Source: Leucoraja erinacea (lineage: Eukaryota). From it: a stretch of DNA of 64,000 nt. The notes below the pieces were generated by a model, which was not told the origin of the DNA, made no database searches, and saw only the letters and a list, made by a program, of their open reading frames with translations. Position numbers and translations under genes: made by a program. The stretch spans positions 41,850,001 through 41,914,000 of the forward strand of contig NC_073379.1 of the NCBI RefSeq assembly GCF_028641065.1, written 5' to 3'. Numbering within the stretch: the first letter of the stretch is position 1; each line of letters opens with the position of its first letter. Below, piece by piece: positions 1 through 10,819 of the stretch.

Positions 1-1643
1 TTGTGAGTCTCCATTTTTAATCACTAGATCCAATGATGCCTGTGACTTCATCTGCTAAGCTTTAAAACTTGACCATAAATCACTTCTTAATTTTAAATGC
101 TGCTTACAACCTTCCTCTTTAACCAAGTTTCTGTTCACTCACCCTTGTGTCTCTTCATGCAGTTTTAAGTCACATACTTAAGTTTCTGCAAAATGCATCA
201 GCATGGTCAAAGCTACAACACAAATGCAATTTTGAATTTTGTGTTGACTGCTCAACTGCACATGCATAAAATTTACAAAGTAATTAATTCCATACATGTG
301 GAATGCATGAACCATTTTATGTTTCAAACATATAGATGGATGTTTTTTTAATGTTTACTACATTAAGAAGAAAGACAGTTGTAGATTAAAACAAGAATGT
401 AGTGAGACTGACTGAATTGCTCATTGTGAAAGCTGATGCAAACTAATTGGGACAAATGGCTTACTCCTGTCCTCTGGTATTCCACAGTTTCATGCCCTGT
501 AAGTCCATCCCACTATGTTATTCTTCTCAATATTATTTTGTGTCAACTATTCCTTTGTTTTGTGCTCTTACATTGCATTTATAATTTTTACCATGCTTAC
601 AATTATTAAGTAGCAGACATTTTTGCTCTTTAAACTCGTGATCTTCCTCAATTTCTTCCTAACCTCATAAGAGCAGCCTGAGGAAGGCAGTTAATGTCAT
701 CAAACACCCACAGGAGCCTAGCCACACTATCTTCATGCTGCTACCATTGGGAAGAAGGTACATAGAACATTTATTTCCAGGGTTAAAAAAAAACGTTACC
801 CCATTAATCATCAGGCTCTCTAATCACCTTGCATAATCCTAACCATAATCCTACCTCTGTACCTAACAACTATGAACTTTGTTTCTACCTACTATTAATT
901 TTGTCATTGGATCTAGTGTGCCTCTGAAGCTGCAGCAAATAAGGATTTCAATGTTCCAATTCTTATCCAATGTATTTGACAAATAAACACTCTTAATCTT
1001 GACTCAATCGATTCTGATTTGCAAAATGCATCATAATATTACAACATTCTTTTTAAGTTAATTTCTTATAGAAAGATGAAGTCTCGTAATGATAATCAAT
1101 ATCAGATTCATTTTCACTGAACATTTTAAAAATGAACCGTAGACCACTAGATAGGCACATCAATGAGAGACTCGAATACCTACATATCTTTTATAAAACC
1201 CATGTTATTTTTCTATTCATCCCCATTAGCAGGTGATAGACATTCTCCTTGTTCTTTGCAATTGAACATTCTGGTCACATGCGCCTTTCCTTCAAGCACA
1301 TAATAGAGGTATCATAATAATAAATTACAATGAAGTGGCATTTAGAAAACAAAATCTCATAGCTGCATGTAATCAATAATGATCTTAATTTGCAAAAGAT
1401 AAACAAGAAAACTGTAAGTATAAAATCAAGCATAAATCTGGGGTTTCTTAGGGGAGGGTAGATTATTAGGTTAACACAGCTAAGCTAGCGTGAAAACACA
1501 ATAGCCTAGAATAATTTCTTTCTCCATCAGTTTCAATACTTGAAATGTAAGAATATACTTGAGAAAAGTAGAGCATATTAAATCAGAGATTATGTTAATA
1601 AGAACACTTACAGTGCGTGAAATTTTATTTGTTCTGTCACTAG

Positions 1644-1734
1644 GAGACTTTCCATACCGTTTGAGAGACCGTGAACAACTCAGGAAAAGAAAGCTGGAAG
1701 CACAGGAGCAGAAAAGCTCACAGTGGGTGTTTAA
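1644..1734 (+). CDS. HEMGN: Hemogen internal coding exon (basic/coiled-coil NLS region)
   Basis: Acceptor gttctgtcactAG (1642-1643), donor GTaaga (1735). Encodes xDFPYRLRDREQLRKRKLEAQEQKSSQWVF(K), closely matching the conserved hemogen motif as recalled from human (LRNREQLRKRKAEVHEKETSQWLF). Not in the ORF track because it is short. Confidence 0.88.
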
Positions 1735-2195
1735 GTAAGATGTTTAATGATAACAGAGAGAGGATTAATGATTTACACCCAGACCAAATGTTATTGGGAT
1801 GGAAGTCTGGACTCTCTGTTGTCTGTAAAGAATTCAAGTGAAATAACTCTCAGACAATTCATAACCAATGTGGATTCAAGACCAAACCTGGTCCCAACTT
1901 GACATGGGTGGGATTTATAGATTAATATACTGTCAATGGAATTACAGTAATATTGGTTCCAATGCTGCTTGTTCATTTAACAGCATTTCTTCCCCTTGAT
2001 ATAATATAATGGCAAGCAATATATTTTTAAATTTCAGGCCGTATGAAAATACCCTTCTCCATAAAGTGGGGGGGGGGGGGAACGCAAGAAAATCTGTTTT
2101 TGTAACATCAAAGTACCCATGTTTTATCTGTTCATCTGGCCACAAACAACAGGTCAGGGGATAAAGATTTTTGCCGATCAAGATTGTCATTGAAT

Positions 2196-2495
2196 GGTGG
2201 CGCAGCGGTAGAGTTGCTGCTGCCTTACAGCGCTAGAGGCCCGAGTTCGATCCTGAGTACGATTGCTGCCTGTATGGAGTTTTTTTAGGTTTTCCCTGTC
2301 ATCACGTGGGTTTTCCCCGGGTGCTCCAGTTTCCTCCCACACTCCAAAGATGTACAGGTGTGTAGGTTAATTGGCTTCGGTAAAAACTGTAAATTGTCCC
2401 TAAAGTGTAAGATAGTGCTATTGAACGGGGATCGCAGGTCGGCACGGACTCAGTGGGCTGAAGTGGTAATTTCTACGCTGTACCTCTAAACTAAA
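2196..2495 (+). mobile_element. tRNA-derived V-SINE (HE1/MER6-like)
   Basis: A-box ggtggcgcagcggtagag, B-box gagttcgatcc, V-domain gtgggttttccccgggtgctccagtttcctcccacactccaaaga, tail ctaaactaaa. Confidence 0.85.
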
Positions 2496-2699
2496 TTAAA
2501 AATACATTTCACGAAAGTACATCACATATTTGGTTTACATAACAGAATTTCTGCCTCGTATTCCTTTGAAAGAACACACTTGCAATCTAGTCATGGTTTG
2601 AATATATGTAATTTATATAAGCAAAATTAGAAACTTGCTGAATAACCTCTCTCAGAGATACTTGGTTTACAAAAATGTTAAATCTTTCTTCAGGCATAG

Positions 2700-3950
2700 C
2701 TGTTGAAAGTTTATGTTGATTTATATTTCTTCAGTGTTCGTCCTTTCACCCAGCGTCTTCTCCTAGTTGATCTTGTCCAGGTAACCCGTCTGATTCCCCC
2801 AACCCGATACCCACTAAACTACTGATCATCCAACTTTCCTCTTGGCTGCCATCTAATCTGATACTTTTAGCCGTTAGCTCTCCTCAAGTGCCTTCCTTCT
2901 TTATCTCATCACACCCTTTGAAAAAACGTTGACCCCTCTATCCTCACAAACTCCAGCTCCGTTTTTAACATCTTGTTCCTCGAGGTCCTTGAAACTCCTG
3001 TTGGCTCCCAAATCTGCACCTAATTTTTATAAAATCACCCGTTTAAAGTCATTGGATCAGGATTCTGCCTCTGGTATGTTACTGAAACAGGTCTTATCAA
3101 ATATCAATAACTTCCTAAGTCACTGTGACAAAGGTGATCCATCCCTCCTTGTCCTCTCAACTCTGCACAATCTTTGTTACTGATAATCACACTATTTACT
3201 TCCAACAACTCTCCTCAACATCCAATATGTATAACTAAACCTATCCTGTTCCATTTGTATGTATTCAGCTGTGACCTGTGAAGATTTTGCGCCCTTTCCT
3301 ATTCTTGTCAACATGCTTGTTAATATCTTCTGAAAATACAGTGCCAGCTCCTATTACCTCTCTAGATTTCTCCACTGCATCAAAATTGTCACACTCCTTG
3401 CCTGAGATTCATTCCTAGATCCACAGAAATGTCCTCAAAATAAATATTGAGAAAATCTGAAGTGACGATCAATTTGTTCTTTCAATATAATTCCTGGAAT
3501 CTTATTTCATCCTTCGCCCTAGTAATTTTCTGAAATAGAACCGGACTATTTACAACGTAGGAGTCTCATCTGACCCATGGATGGTATCACATTACACGCA
3601 GGAATGAGCAGCCAACCAAATAACAAAACTATTTCTACCTTTACAACATCACTTAACTGTGATCCTTCCTCAACCAAAACAATCACCACCTTCCTACTTT
3701 TTTCCTTGCATAAAGTTTAGATTGTTCAAAACTCTGTTACCCGTGTCACAATTTGCACTAACGTGACTTACATGGGCTTTCACATTGCTAACTTACATGG
3801 GCTCTCAGTTAACTAACACTTTAAATTTAATATTCTTATGTACGTTTATAAGATCCTGAAAGGGCTTGCCCTCACCTACCTCTGTAACTTGTTTCAGCAC
3901 CACCAATCCGTGAAATAATTGCACTGCCCCATTCCTAAATTCTGAACATA
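2700..3950 (+). mobile_element. Old degenerate LINE (L2-like) remnant
   Basis: C/T-rich decayed ORF2-like sequence with no intact ORF; family assignment is by resemblance only. Confidence 0.4.
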
Positions 3951-4067
3951 TATTATCTTGTATGGTCATGTCTTGTGACATATTCTTCCCATGGATTCTT
4001 TTTAGATCAATAATTAGTTAAATTGAATTGAGCCATAGTTTGTGCAATAATAAACCAGTAAATACTG

Positions 4068-4114
4068 GGGGGGGGGGGGGGGGGGGGGGGGGGGGTACTG
4101 GGGGGGGGGGGGGG
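4068..4114. repeat. Poly-G tracts
   Basis: Two G homopolymers separated by tact. Confidence 0.9.
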
Positions 4115-4295
4115 AACACAACTCCAAGGACCACATGAAATATCAGTTTTTTATTTTTGATTAAACAATAAAACTTTGACTGGGAATACTAGTCGCGCAA
4201 GTAGAATCTACACTTTCATTCATTTTGCATTTGGAATGATGCACGCCATTTTCAAAATGGTTATAAATCTATTGACCAATTGGATTTGCTAATGG

Positions 4296-5825
4296 AAGAT
4301 AGACACAAAATGCTGGAGTAACTCAGCGGGACAGGCAGCATCTCTGGAGTTTCGGGTCGAGGTCCTTCTTCGGACCGATGTCAGGGGAGTGGGCGGTACA
4401 GAGATAAAATGTGGTCGGAGACAGTAAGACTGGTGGGAGAACTGGGAAGGGGGAGGGCATGGAAAGAGAGGGAAAGCAAGGGCTACTTGAAGCTAGAGAA
4501 ATCAATGCTCATACCACTGGGGTGTAAGCTGCCCAAGCGAAATATGAAGTGTTGTTCCTCCAATTTGTGCTGGGCCTCACTCTGACAATGGAGGACACCG
4601 AGGGCAGAAAGGTCTGTGTATGAATGGTAAGGAGAATTGAAGTGTCCAGCAACCAGGAGATCAGGTTGGTTCATGCGGGCTGAGCTGTTTTACGCGAAAT
4701 GATCACCCAGTCTGCGTTTGGTCTCGCCGATGTACAAGAGCCCACATCTTGAACAATGGAACCTCAGCTAAACCGGAATGGACTGTCTGAGTCCCTGACA
4801 GAGTCGAGGGAGGAGGTATTGTATCATCTACAGTTGCAGGGGAAGGTACCTGGGGAGGGGGTGGTTTGGGTGGGAAGGGATGAGTTAACCAGGGAGTTGC
4901 GGAGGGAACAGTCTCTGCGGAAGGTGGAAAGGGGTGGAGATGGGAATATGTGGCTAGTGGTGGGGTGCCATTGGAGGTGGCGGCAATTTTGGAGAATTAT
5001 GTATTGTGAACGACGGCTGATGAGGTGGAAGGCGAGGATTAGGGGGACCCTGTTGCAACTAAGGGAAGGGGGAACAAGGGTGGAGCTGCAGGGTACCATG
5101 GAGACATCAGTGAGGGCCTCACCTATGATGGGAGAGGGAAACCCCCGTTCCCTAAAGAATGAGGAAATCTCAGATGTTCTAGTATGGAACACCTCATCTT
5201 GGGCGCAGATGCGGCATAGAAAGAACAATTGGGAGTAGGGGGAATAGAGTCTTTGCAGGAAGCAGGGTGCTAATAAGTGTAGTTGACATAGTTGTGGGAG
5301 TCAGTGGGCTTGTAATGGATGTCAACAGCCTATTTCTTGTAATGGAGATTGTGAGATCAAGAAAGGGGAGGGAGGTGTTGGAGATGGTCCACGTAAATTT
5401 GAGTGCAGGATGAAAATTGATGGTGAAGTTGATGAAGTCCAGGAGTTCTGCACTGACCTTTCTGTCCTGGGCCTCCTCCATTGTCAGAGTGAGGCCCAGC
5501 ACTAATTGGAGGAACAACACCTCATATTTTGCTTGGGCAGCTATGGTGATATGAACATCGACTTCACTAACTTCAAGTAGCCCTTGCTTTCCCTCTCTCT
5601 CCATCCTCCATCCCCCCCCCCCCCCCCCCCCCCCACCAATCTTACTGTCTCCGACTACATTTTATCTCTGTGCTGCCCACTTCAGACTGATGTTAGGGGA
5701 GAAGGGTCTCGACATGAAACGTCACCCATTCCTTCTCTCCAGAGATGCTGCCTGTCCCACTGAGATACTCCAGCATCTATCTGTGTCCATCTCGATTTAA
5801 ACAAGCAGCTGCAGTTCTTTCCTAC
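4296..5825. mobile_element. Penelope-like element with inverted structure and perfect 14-bp TSD
   Basis: TSD GGATTTGCTAATGG at 4282-4295 and 5826-5839. Minus-strand RT/GIY-YIG fragments (NFHPALKFTWTIS, FFRERGFP, LEEQHFIFRLGSLHPSGM), a + strand copy of the C-terminus at ~5450-5580, and terminal modules at both ends in inverted orientation. Confidence 0.88.
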
Positions 5826-5856
5826 GGATTTGCTAATGGGATGAGTTGATAAGTGA

Positions 5857-6177
5857 AGGCCCTGTCCCACTTTCCCGAGTTACTCACGAAAACTCCCGAG
5901 TTTTCCCCTTGATTCGAACTCGGAGAATTATGGTAATAGCCATTCGTAGGTACTCCGGACTATTTTTTTTTACTTGTGGACATTTTTCAACATGGCGAAA
6001 AAACCGTCCCAACTTATCCGATGCCCCGAGTTCCTACAGTTAGCATTACGAGCCGCTACGAAACATCTACAGACTCCTACGGGCTCACTACTGGCATTAC
6101 CCGACATTCCCCAAGTTTGAATCAAGAGGAAAACTCGGGAGAGTTTGTGAGTAACTCGGGAAAGTGGGACAGGGCCT
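5857..6177. mobile_element. PIF/Harbinger-type MITE
   Basis: TIRs AGGCCCTGTCCCACTTTCCCGAGTTACTCAC / GTGAGTAACTCGGGAAAGTGGGACAGGGCCT flanked by TGA / TAA (3-bp TSD, one mismatch). Confidence 0.85.
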
Positions 6178-6544
6178 TAACATGATAGTGGTGGAAAAGG
6201 ATGAATGTATAAATTATTGAAATAGGACAAACAAAAAAAAATATATATAGATGTTTGCAATTGGGTGGAAGAAAATCTGTTTGGCAAGAAATGCCTGAAA
6301 CAAGTTTAGTTTGTACAGTGATTAAAGTAACACTTAAAATAGTTTGAGTTTTTCCAATTAGTTGGATCTTATGGATACTGAAAGTTGATACATATGTTTA
6401 GTGGAGTTTTTCCCAGCAAATGAAAATATTAAATTTTGCTAAATTCTAATAAAACAAGGAAACAAAAGAACTGTTCCTTATTAATGTTAGTTTCAATTAA
6501 ATGTATCACAATTATATATTCTGATTAAGTTATATCTGCTTAAA

Positions 6545-6990
6545 GGTTCAAGTTCAAGTGAGTTTATTGTCATGTGTCCCTGATAGGACAATGAAATTCT
6601 TGCTTTGCTTCAGCACAACAGAACATAGTAGGCATTGACTACAAAACAGATCAGTGTGTCCATATACCTACCATCATATAAATATATACACACATGAATA
6701 AATAAACTGATAAAGTGCAAATAACAGATAATGGGCTATTAATGTTCAGAGTTTTGTCCGAGCCAAGTTTAATAGCCTGATGGCTGTGGGGAAGTAGCTA
6801 TTCCTGAACCTGGTAGTGGGGAGATGAGTGTGTGACCAGGGTGGTGTTGGTCCTTGATGATACTGCCAGCCTTTGAGGCAGTGACTGCGATAGATCCCCT
6901 CGATGGAAAGGGGGGGGGGGTCCAGAGCCGATGATGGACTGGGCAGTGTTTATTACTTTTTGTAGTCTTTTCCTCTCCAGGGCACTCAAG
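6545..6990 (-). mobile_element. Rex1/Babar-like LINE 3' fragment
   Basis: ORF pieces SALERKRLQKVINTAQSIIG and KAGSIIKDQHHPGHTL; 3' tail with aataaa and (cttgaa)n on the minus strand. Confidence 0.7.
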
Positions 6991-8053
6991 TTTAGAAACA
7001 GTAGTCATCATGTTCACCTTTTATTCAGAATTTTGGCAGGTTTCTTTGGAGTTTGGTGCTTGCATTGAACTCAGATGCTATTTTCATGGAATTCTTACTT
7101 AACATGATATTACTCCACACCTAACCTCACAATTCTAGCATAAATAAGCAAATAAATTCCACCGTGTACCTCAACCTTGTTGAGTGCAACACAATTTAAG
7201 TACTATTGATGATTTCATGATAATACTTAAGTACTATTCAATGAATTAAATCCATTTGAGACATCCATCATCCTCCACGTAGATCCTCCTTTATGTTTTT
7301 GTTTTCAGTGTTCACATGCACCATGATCTTCACTGAATATATCCTCAGGACTCCATCCCCTTTATCGTCAAGCATCTGAATGCCTCTTTGCTCAGTCCCA
7401 GCACAATCCTATTTCCAAACACTCACTGACTCTAGCGAGATCCTAGCATCATTTACCTGAATCTGTCTCTAAACCTCAAACATTCTGCTTTTCTCTCTGA
7501 ATCCAGAAGCCTTTGCAGAGGGGTTATGACCTCAGACACAATAGAACTTCACTGTTGAAAGCCACCCATAAAACAGTACAAGTACCACATGTTCCTCTGC
7601 CCTCTTATTCAAAATGCAGAGAAGGAAGCCATTTGATCCATTGAGTATGCCGGCTCTCAGAGCAATTAACTTCTCTAACTTCAAGTAGCCCTTGCTTTCC
7701 CTCTCTCTCCATCCCCTCCCCTTCCCAGTTTTCCCACCGACCAGCATATTCTGGGGATGTGAGAAGAAACTATGGCACCCTGACAAAACCCACAGATTCA
7801 GGGAGAATTGGCAAAGTCCAAACTGACAGTACCGGAGGTCAGGTTGCCAGAGCTATGAGATCGCAGCACTACCTGCTCTACCACTGTACCACACTCTCTC
7901 TTCCAATCAAATATTCTAATTATTGTCAACAAATCTTTCTTTAAGTTTGCTTTTACAGAAAAATGCCATTGTCTGTGCATAGTTTATAATATATTGGTTT
8001 CACCAGCAACAGGATGAAACATAAAAGTATTTTATAATTACATTGATGCACAG

Positions 8054-8331
8054 GGAGAAATCAAAGACAAAAAGAGGAAGAAAGGCAAAAGCTAGTGGAA
8101 CAAGCAGTAAACTTCCCAAGGAACCTGAGCCTGTGCCTGAGCTGGAGCCCAAGCCCGAGCCCGAGTCGAAGCCTGAGCCTGAACCTGTTCTACAGCCAAT
8201 CCTTTTGCAAGAAGAAGAAGAAGAAGCCACAGACAAAGTAGCAGAATTGAGTCTTGAAAGAGAGAAGCTTGCCCCACTGCAGGAAAGTGTAAACCTTTCC
8301 CCAACTGGGGATCTGGCTGCTACTTTAACAG
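8054..8331 (+). CDS. HEMGN: Hemogen coding exon (KRGRK basic motif, Pro/Glu repeat, acidic stretch)
   Basis: Acceptor cacAG (8052-8053), phase 2 compatible with the previous exon (AA+G=Lys). Encodes EKSKTKRGRKAKASGTSSKLPKEPEPVPELEPKPEPESKPEPEPVLQPILLQEEEEEATD...LAATLT; donor acaG|GTactc at 8332. Confidence 0.82.
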
Positions 8332-8422
8332 GTACTCAACATGACCAATTATGCATTACATAGCCTCGTGCGAAGGATTGGGTCCACTTTATTAAACACT
8401 CAATTTAGCGGCAACACGTTAT

Positions 8423-9721
8423 TGATTAGGAACAGTCAACATGGATTTGTGCCTGGAAGGTCATGTTTGACTAATCTTCTTGAATTTTTTGAAGAGGTTA
8501 CTAGGGAAATTGACGAGGGTAAAGCAGTGGATGTTGTCTATATGGACTTTCGTAAGGCCTTTGACAAGGTTCCTCATGGAAGGTTGGTTAAGAAGGTTCA
8601 ACTGTTGGGTATAAATGCAGGAATAGCAAGATGGATTCAACAGTGGCTGAATGGGAGAAGCCAGAGGGTAATGGTGGATGGCTGTTTATCGGGTTGGAGG
8701 CAGGTGACTAGTGGGGTGCCTCAGGGATCTGTGTTGGGTCCTTTGTTGTTTGTCATGTACATCAATGATCTGGATGAAGGTGTGGTAAATTGGATTAGTA
8801 AGTATGCAGATGATACCAAGATAGGGGGTGTTGTGGATAATGAAGAGGATTTCCAAAGTCTACAGAGTGATTTAGGCCATTTGGAAAAATGGGCTGAAAG
8901 ATGGCAGATGGAGTTTAATGCTGATAAATGTGAGGTGCTACACCTTGGCAGGACAAATCAAAATAGGACGTACATGGTAAATGGTAGGGAATTGAAGAAT
9001 ACAGTTGAACAGAGGGATCTGGGTATAACCGTGCATAGTTCCTTGAAAGTGGAATCTCATATAGATAGGGTGGTAAAGAAAGCTTTTTGTATGCTAGCCT
9101 TTATAAATCAGAGCATTGAGTATAGAAGCTGGGATGTAATGTTAAAATTGTACAAGGCATTGGTGAGACCAAATCTGGAGTATGGTGTACAATTTTGGTC
9201 GCCAATTATAGGAAGGATGTCAACAAAATAGAGAGAGTACAGAGGAGATTTACTAGAATGTTGCCTGGGTTTCAACAACTAAGTTACAGAGATAGGTTGA
9301 ATAAGTTAGGTCTTTATTCTCTGGAGCGCAGAAGGTTAAGGGGGGATTTGATAGAGGTCTTTAAAATGATGAGAGGGATAGACAGAGTTGATGTGGACAA
9401 GCTTTTCCCTTTGAGAATGGGGAAGATTCAAACAAGAGGACATGACTTCAGAATTAAGGGACAGAAGTTTAGGGGTAATATGAGAGGGAACTTCTTTACT
9501 CAGAGAGTGGTAGTGGTGTGGAATGAGCTTCCAGTGGAAGTGGTGGAGGCAGGTTCATTGGTATCATTTAAAAATAAATTGGATAGGCATATGGATGAGA
9601 AGGGAATGGAGGGTTATGGTACGAGTGCAGGCAGGTGGGACTAAGGGGAAAAAAAGTTGTTCGGCACGGACTTGTAGGGCCGAGATGGCCTGTTTCCGTG
9701 CTGTGATTGTTATATGGTTAT
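8423..9721 (+). mobile_element. CR1 LINE, 5'-truncated, young (RT domain plus C-terminus, one frameshift)
   Basis: SQHGFVPGRSCLTNL, DFRKAFDKVPH, GVPQGSVLGPLLF, YADDTK; frameshift near 9205; 3' UTR ending in a gttatatggtta tail. Lies in a hemogen intron. Confidence 0.95.
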
Positions 9722-9981
9722 TTCATTCTAAAGACATATTTGCAAGCAAAGTATAAATGTTCCTTAGAAATTATATCAGGATTATAGAAAAACTATGTAG
9801 AATAAAGCTGATAAGAAGCAGTGATGAGCTGTGTACCTCATGAAATATTTAAAATACTGCCTGGTAACCATGACTTCAATGCCTATATTGCTTTTTCACT
9901 TGGGGGGTGGGGGGGGGGGGGGTTGTCATATCTTACCTTAGCAATGAGAATAAAATACTGTATTCTTCAATTTTATTCCAG

Positions 9982-10094
9982 ATGGGCTCGGAGAGAATAC
10001 CCGTGTGAAAATACCAGAGATTGTAGCACTGCAAGTAGAAGATGTGCCTGGTGAAAATCCTCCATTTGAAGAACAAATAGTTTTGTCTATATAA
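9982..10094 (+). CDS. HEMGN: Hemogen probable last coding exon
   Basis: Strong acceptor ttcttcaattttattccAG (9980-9981), phase 1 compatible (G+AT=Asp). Encodes DGLGENTRVKIPEIVALQVEDVPGENPPFEEQIVLSI*, stop TAA 10092-10094. Called from splice signals, phase and acidic composition rather than recognised homology. Confidence 0.7.
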
Positions 10095-10114
10095 AATCGA
10101 CACCACATCTAAAA

Positions 10115-10368
10115 GTTAGACAAAAATGCTGGAGAAACTCAGCGGGTGAGGCAGCATCTATGGAGTGAAGGAAATAGGCAAAGTTTCGGGTCAAGACCCT
10201 TCTTCAGTCTGACCCTAAATGTTGCCAATTTCCTTCTTCAGTCTGAAGAAGTGTCTCGACCCGAAACGTTGCCTATTTCCTTCGCTCAATAGATGCTGCC
10301 TCGCCCGCTGAGTTTCTCCAGCATTTTGGTCTACCTTCGATTTTACAGCATCTGCAGTTCCTTCTTAA
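10115..10368. mobile_element. Fold-back non-autonomous PLE-terminus element with hammerhead-like motif
   Basis: Inverted arms ~10117-10207 and ~10243-10333; TSD ACACCACAT[C/T]TAAAA at 10100-10114 and 10369-10383. Confidence 0.85.
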
Positions 10369-10819
10369 ACACCACATTTAAAAAATCGTTTTGAGTTTTA
10401 TCTGACATTTGTTATTACACAGGGGAGATAACAATACCACTCACCCCCACAGGCCAAAACACTCATTATTAGAAGGTGCAAATTTGCATCCTGCCCTAAT
10501 ATATAGTTTGATACATCAGGGCTTCAATGGATGTTGACATCTTTCTTTAATGTGCCACTTTCTGGGAGGATGTGAAACCAAATCCTGACAATCTCCTGTT
10601 CTTCATGATGCATCGTGCAGAGAAAAACAAGAAATGGAAAAGGCAGTACTTTTAAAGTAAAAGAGAATTAACCCTATAGACAGGAATATTACAAGGAGTA
10701 CTACGGGTACAGACACAGGGCATTCAGGTTAACTGGTCTAAGCATGTTACCATTCCAGAAATACAAAGCAGCTACAGCCATTTAGTCCCTTGTGACTGGT
10801 CAGGTTTTCAATTGGATTA

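Noticed and set aside
1320-1420. Candidate first hemogen coding exon ending at GTAAGT (1414)
   Set aside because: Splicing to 1644 would create T+GA stop in the hemogen frame, and nearby ATGs hit stops; the true exon is probably upstream of the window.
8043-9644. Possible hemogen-reverse transcriptase fusion gene (adjacent ORFs 8043-8363 and 8341-9231)
   Set aside because: Different frames; the hemogen frame has a splice donor at 8332 and a stop at 8361-8363; the RT is a 5'-truncated, frameshifted CR1 whose upstream ATG is fortuitous intron sequence.
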